From assembly GCA_047967505.1 (NCBI GenBank), contig CM106538.1: a stretch of 64,000 bases of DNA; one strand, 5' to 3'. Position 1 is the first letter of the stretch. Each line of letters starts with the position of its first letter. This DNA comes from Dipteris shenzhenensis (lineage: Eukaryota). Position numbers and translations under genes: made by a program. A model generated the notes under the pieces. That model was not told the origin of the DNA. It was given only the letters and a program-made list of their open reading frames with translations, and searched no databases. Of this stretch, positions 60,054-64,000 are shown in pieces.

Positions 60054-63000
60054 GTTTTGTTTTGTATACTCTCCCTGTGCTACCCCCTGCGCTACCCCTA
60101 CTACCCCCCCGCTACCTCTGCTAACCTGCTCTTTTCCTGCTCTCTCCCTGTGCTACCCCCTCCGCTAACCCCTCCGTACTCCTCGCTACCTCTGCTATCC
60201 CCCCCCGCTACCCCCTCCGCTACCCCTACTACCCCCCCGCTACCCCCTCGCTAACCCCATTTGCTACCCCCCGCTACCCCATCCGCTACCTACCCCCCGC
60301 TACCCCCTCCGCTAACCCCCACGCTACCTCGCCACCCCCTGCTACCCTTCTCGCTACTCTCCCCCCGCTACCTTGCTTTTCCCCCCCCGCTACGCCCTCC
60401 GCTAACCCCTCGCCCCCCCCCCCCAATCGCGCCCCGGGGAAAAGAAGAAGAAGAAGAAGAAGGGGGGGGGGGGGAGCATCTTTGATCTCCTACGGTCCCT
60501 TCTTTGCCCCCATAATGAAAGGAACAGGGGGATGAGGACAGGAGACTAGGCGGGAGACCCCTCGATCCAAATCTGCATACGCGTGGAGATGGGGAAGGGG
60601 AACGGTGACAAGGCGAAACCACAAAAGCAACTCAATCTGGAAGACTTCAACAAACGCAGCAACCGGAGCGGTTTGACAGTGGACAGCACTGCGGCCGAGA
60701 AGAAAGGGGCCCACCCAAAGCCTATGCCGCTTACCACATCCTCGACCTCTATGGTTACCACCATCATCCGCCTCATCATCTACGCCACCTCTCTCCTCCC
60801 CCTCTCTTGCATCATCATCACAGGTCTCCTCTCCAGTAGCCTCACCATTGGCCCCATCAGCCACGGCTCCACAGTACTTTCCCTTAGTATCACCTCTACC
60901 TCTCAGTCAGCCATCCTTCATCACCTCGTCCGACCTGGCTACTCCTACATATCACTCCCCCGCCCAGGTCATATTGTCCCCACCCTCAGTATAACTTCAG
61001 CAGCCGACCTTCATTCCAACCCCTCTCGAGATCCAGTTCCCACCTGGACCAGGACATCTTAGGCCCCCGCCAGATGCTTGGGACTCCCTATTGGCTGAGA
61101 TACACAACATTCGGGCCCGTCAGGCAGAGCTGACACATTACACCCAGGAGCAGGCTCGATACACCCAGGAGTAGGCCTGCATTATACACGAGCAGGGCAC
61201 CCCTATCCACGGACTCAGACACAACATCACACAGCTTCGAGAGGAGCTTGGGACCCTTAGAGCAGCGCCTGGAGGGACCCCAGTTACGGAGATGGAGGTA
61301 CAGATAGCCACGATACAGTCGGCTATAGCAGAGACGACTAGATGGGTGGACGTGGCAAAACGGGAGCCTGCAAAGGCAACCGTTTTAGTCGCCATACAGG
61401 AACAGCAGCAAAGGGCTTCAAAGGCCCTCAACATCCGGATACGAGGGATCACGCGAGACAGCACTAACACCACTACGACGCCCATGGAGGAGGCGATTAC
61501 CTTTGTGACCACCACGATGGGGGTCCTCGACCATGGCATAGAGGGAGCATGGCGTGTTGGGAGAGATCCCAACCGAGAGCAGCCCTTAGTCATTCGCTTT
61601 AGAGATTCACATGCTCGTCTAGCGACACTCCGACGCCGAGCCTCTCTACGAGAGCATCCCCCCTTGTCCATGGACGAGGACTTGACATCACTACAGATTG
61701 AGGAGTGACGAGTTCTTCTGCAGTAGCGGGATGTTGCCTGCAAGGAGGGGAAATGGGCCGTGGTCTGAGATGGTAGATTGTTGACCGGCACTCGTCGGGC
61801 TCCCACCCGTACCCCCTAGGGGGACGGGGTCTATGAGACTCAGGTTTTCAAGACCCTAGACTGCACCATTTGGAACTGTAATGGCACCTTATGGTCGGAC
61901 CCAGGAAACTTCTCGAAGTCTTATACAGGACGAGACATAGTCTTTTACACGGAGACACATTAGAGCCCAGAGCGTCCACTACCGATAGTCAGTGGCTACA
62001 CATGGGAGTTAGCCTTTAGGGATGAGACGAGGGATACAGGAGGAGTTCGAGGATCAGGCAGGGTCGTAGTATTGTATAGGTCTTCCCTCGCTGGAGCCAT
62101 CTCCATTGAGAGGAAGGACGCACACTCCCGATTCATGTGGATCCGGATCCGACGCACAGACACCCGTGACCTTTTCATAGCAATATGCTACTTCTCGCCA
62201 GACACATCCCACTTCGCCAGAGTGGCACGAGAAGAGGGTGAGACATCTCCATATGCACCCTTACATCAGGATATCCCAGACCTTTCAGCCTACGGGGAAG
62301 TTCTCCTTGTTGGGGACTTCAACGCCAGGACGAGTACGCGACAGGCACCACTCCTGGACTTCCGAGACGACGCTATCATGCTTCCAGACATGGACCTAGA
62401 CGGAGCAGGTATGACTAGGACCTCATCGGATCGACATGGGCCTGTTACACCATATGGACACGCGCTCCTTGATTTGGGCAGGATGCATGATCTCATCATC
62501 TACAACGGGATTGACCTATGGCCCTCCTCAGGTGGTTTTACTTGCTTCCCACACGGGGGGGGCACTAGTGTAGTAGATTACATCATGGGATTCCCTACCT
62601 TCACTTCATGTATCACCGACTTCACCGTAGCACCAGTCCCTCCATACCTATTCTTCACTATCGCCACCCCATGCTTAGCCACACCACACACCACATAGGA
62701 AGCACGACACCTACCACGACATACACTTTGATCACAACCTCTCACCGGCCTACTCTGGACGCCTAAACAGACTCCTAACCTACATCGATCACATACCACT
62801 CATAGAGGACCGTGCTGCCCTGATTAGTCGCACACTCCACGAGGCTGCCCTCCAAATCTTTTCCCACACCACACGGTCCACTAGACCACCACCTCTTGGT
62901 TATTCACCTTGCAACAATTGGTACGATGCGGAGTGCAAGGCTTATCGCCGACAGCTCCGACTTGAAACCAGATGTCACCTCCCGAACACACCAGACACGG

Positions 63001-64000
63001 TACACAAGTACCGACATCTCGTACGTCGGAAGAAGCAGGCTTTTCTTCGTCAAAATGAGGAGGAGCTGCTGCACATCTTGTACAGCAGCAACTCTAATGA
63101 TTTTTGGCGGAGATTCCTTGAGCGTAGGTCCGCATCACCCCTCACCGACACGAGAGTCTGGCACACGTATGCACACCATCTATATGATGTCCCACACTAG
63201 CCCACTCCAGACCTCATACACACACCTCGTCCCACCATTTGCACGTTGTTCACCAGAGGGGGAGTCAAGGACGCGACATTGAAACTGCACAATGGCCGAG
63301 CTAAGGATCAGGAGGGGCTATGCACTGAGTTTATCGCATATGGGATCGACACGTTAGCCCCGATCCTAGCAAAGCTATTCAATGACGCTGTTTGCCTTGG
63401 CTTCCCTCGCACTTGGACACTCAACACCATCACCCCCATCCACAAGGTAGGGGATCCCATGGACCCGAGTAACTACAGGACTATCATGATTGGACATGTG
63501 ATGTCCAAGATCTATGGAGCTGTATTGGATGCATTGGTCAGCCTGTTCGCAGAGATGAGAGGGCTCAGAGCAGAGGGTCAGGCCGGTTTCAGTCGAGACC
63601 ATGGGACTATGGATTACATACTCACACTCAGGAGTGTCATTGAGGAGGCCAGATCACGGAAGGAGAGGGTATACTGTTGCTTTGTGGATTTCCGCAAAGC
63701 CTTTGACACAGTACCTCGAGCTCGTCTTATCACACGCCTACAGACATTGGGATTTGATCATGAGATCATTTGGGCAGTCATGGCACTGTATGAGAGAGTC
63801 TCAGGCCGAGTTCGTACAGGCGCAGGTTGGACAGATGAGATCTTGAGTACCATAGGGGTGAAACAGGGTTGTTCCTTATCACCGATCCTGTTTGGCCTCT
63901 ATATCGATGAGCTTGAGACTTTCATGGGGACGTTCGGAGGGACCGGTTGCTCACTTGCCGGGATCATCATCAGGATTCTTCTTTATGCAGATGACGTGGT
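60050..64000 (+). mobile_element. RTE/RTE-X-like LINE: long 5' region, short ORF1 (~61100-61770), AP endonuclease (~61830-62700), RT running off the window
   Basis: ORF1 LNIRIRGI..GAWRVGR..PLVIRF; EN LFIAICYFSP, LVGDFNART, FTCFPHGG..VDY; RT GQAGF, FVDFRKAFD, GVKQGC, LLYADDV at the window end; a few stops. Clade assignment is inference. Confidence 0.88.
60075..60415 (+). repeat. C-rich minisatellite of (c)cgcta(a)cccc(c) units following (CT)n at 60020-60048
   Basis: More than 20 imperfect gctacccc / gctaacccc units read directly. Confidence 0.85.

Noticed and set aside
60075-60415. Interstitial telomeric repeat
   Set aside because: Units are gcta(a)cccc(c), not arrays of CCCTAAA or CCCTAA

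Overview
Eukaryotic land-plant genomic DNA with very large, transposon-filled introns (fern/lycophyte-like architecture; taxon is inference only). The one clearly intact host gene is an NPG1/NPGR-family calmodulin-binding TPR gene on the + strand. Three coding exons are visible (27150-27347, 35419-35671, 54456-55666; 554 codons), separated by 8.1 kb and 18.8 kb introns, and the gene continues past the window. Around and inside it lie a scrambled ABCC/MRP pseudogene, PPR-like remnants, a Tourist/PIF-like MITE, several Ty1/Copia copies, a very young protease-less Ty3/Gypsy chromovirus with apparently identical LTRs, and L1-like and RTE/RTE-X-like LINEs. Most unusual: (i) an unannotated ~545-nt repeat tiled by hairpins, in five same-strand copies, two of them in tandem; (ii) a ~2.2 kb Copia-derived foldback (1.1 kb arms, 45-nt spacer) in intron 1 with a PPT-LTR-PBS junction; (iii) two same-family Copia copies in inverted orientation bracketing exon 3, a back-splicing/circRNA geometry. 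All alignments and folds were done by eye; no searches were run.
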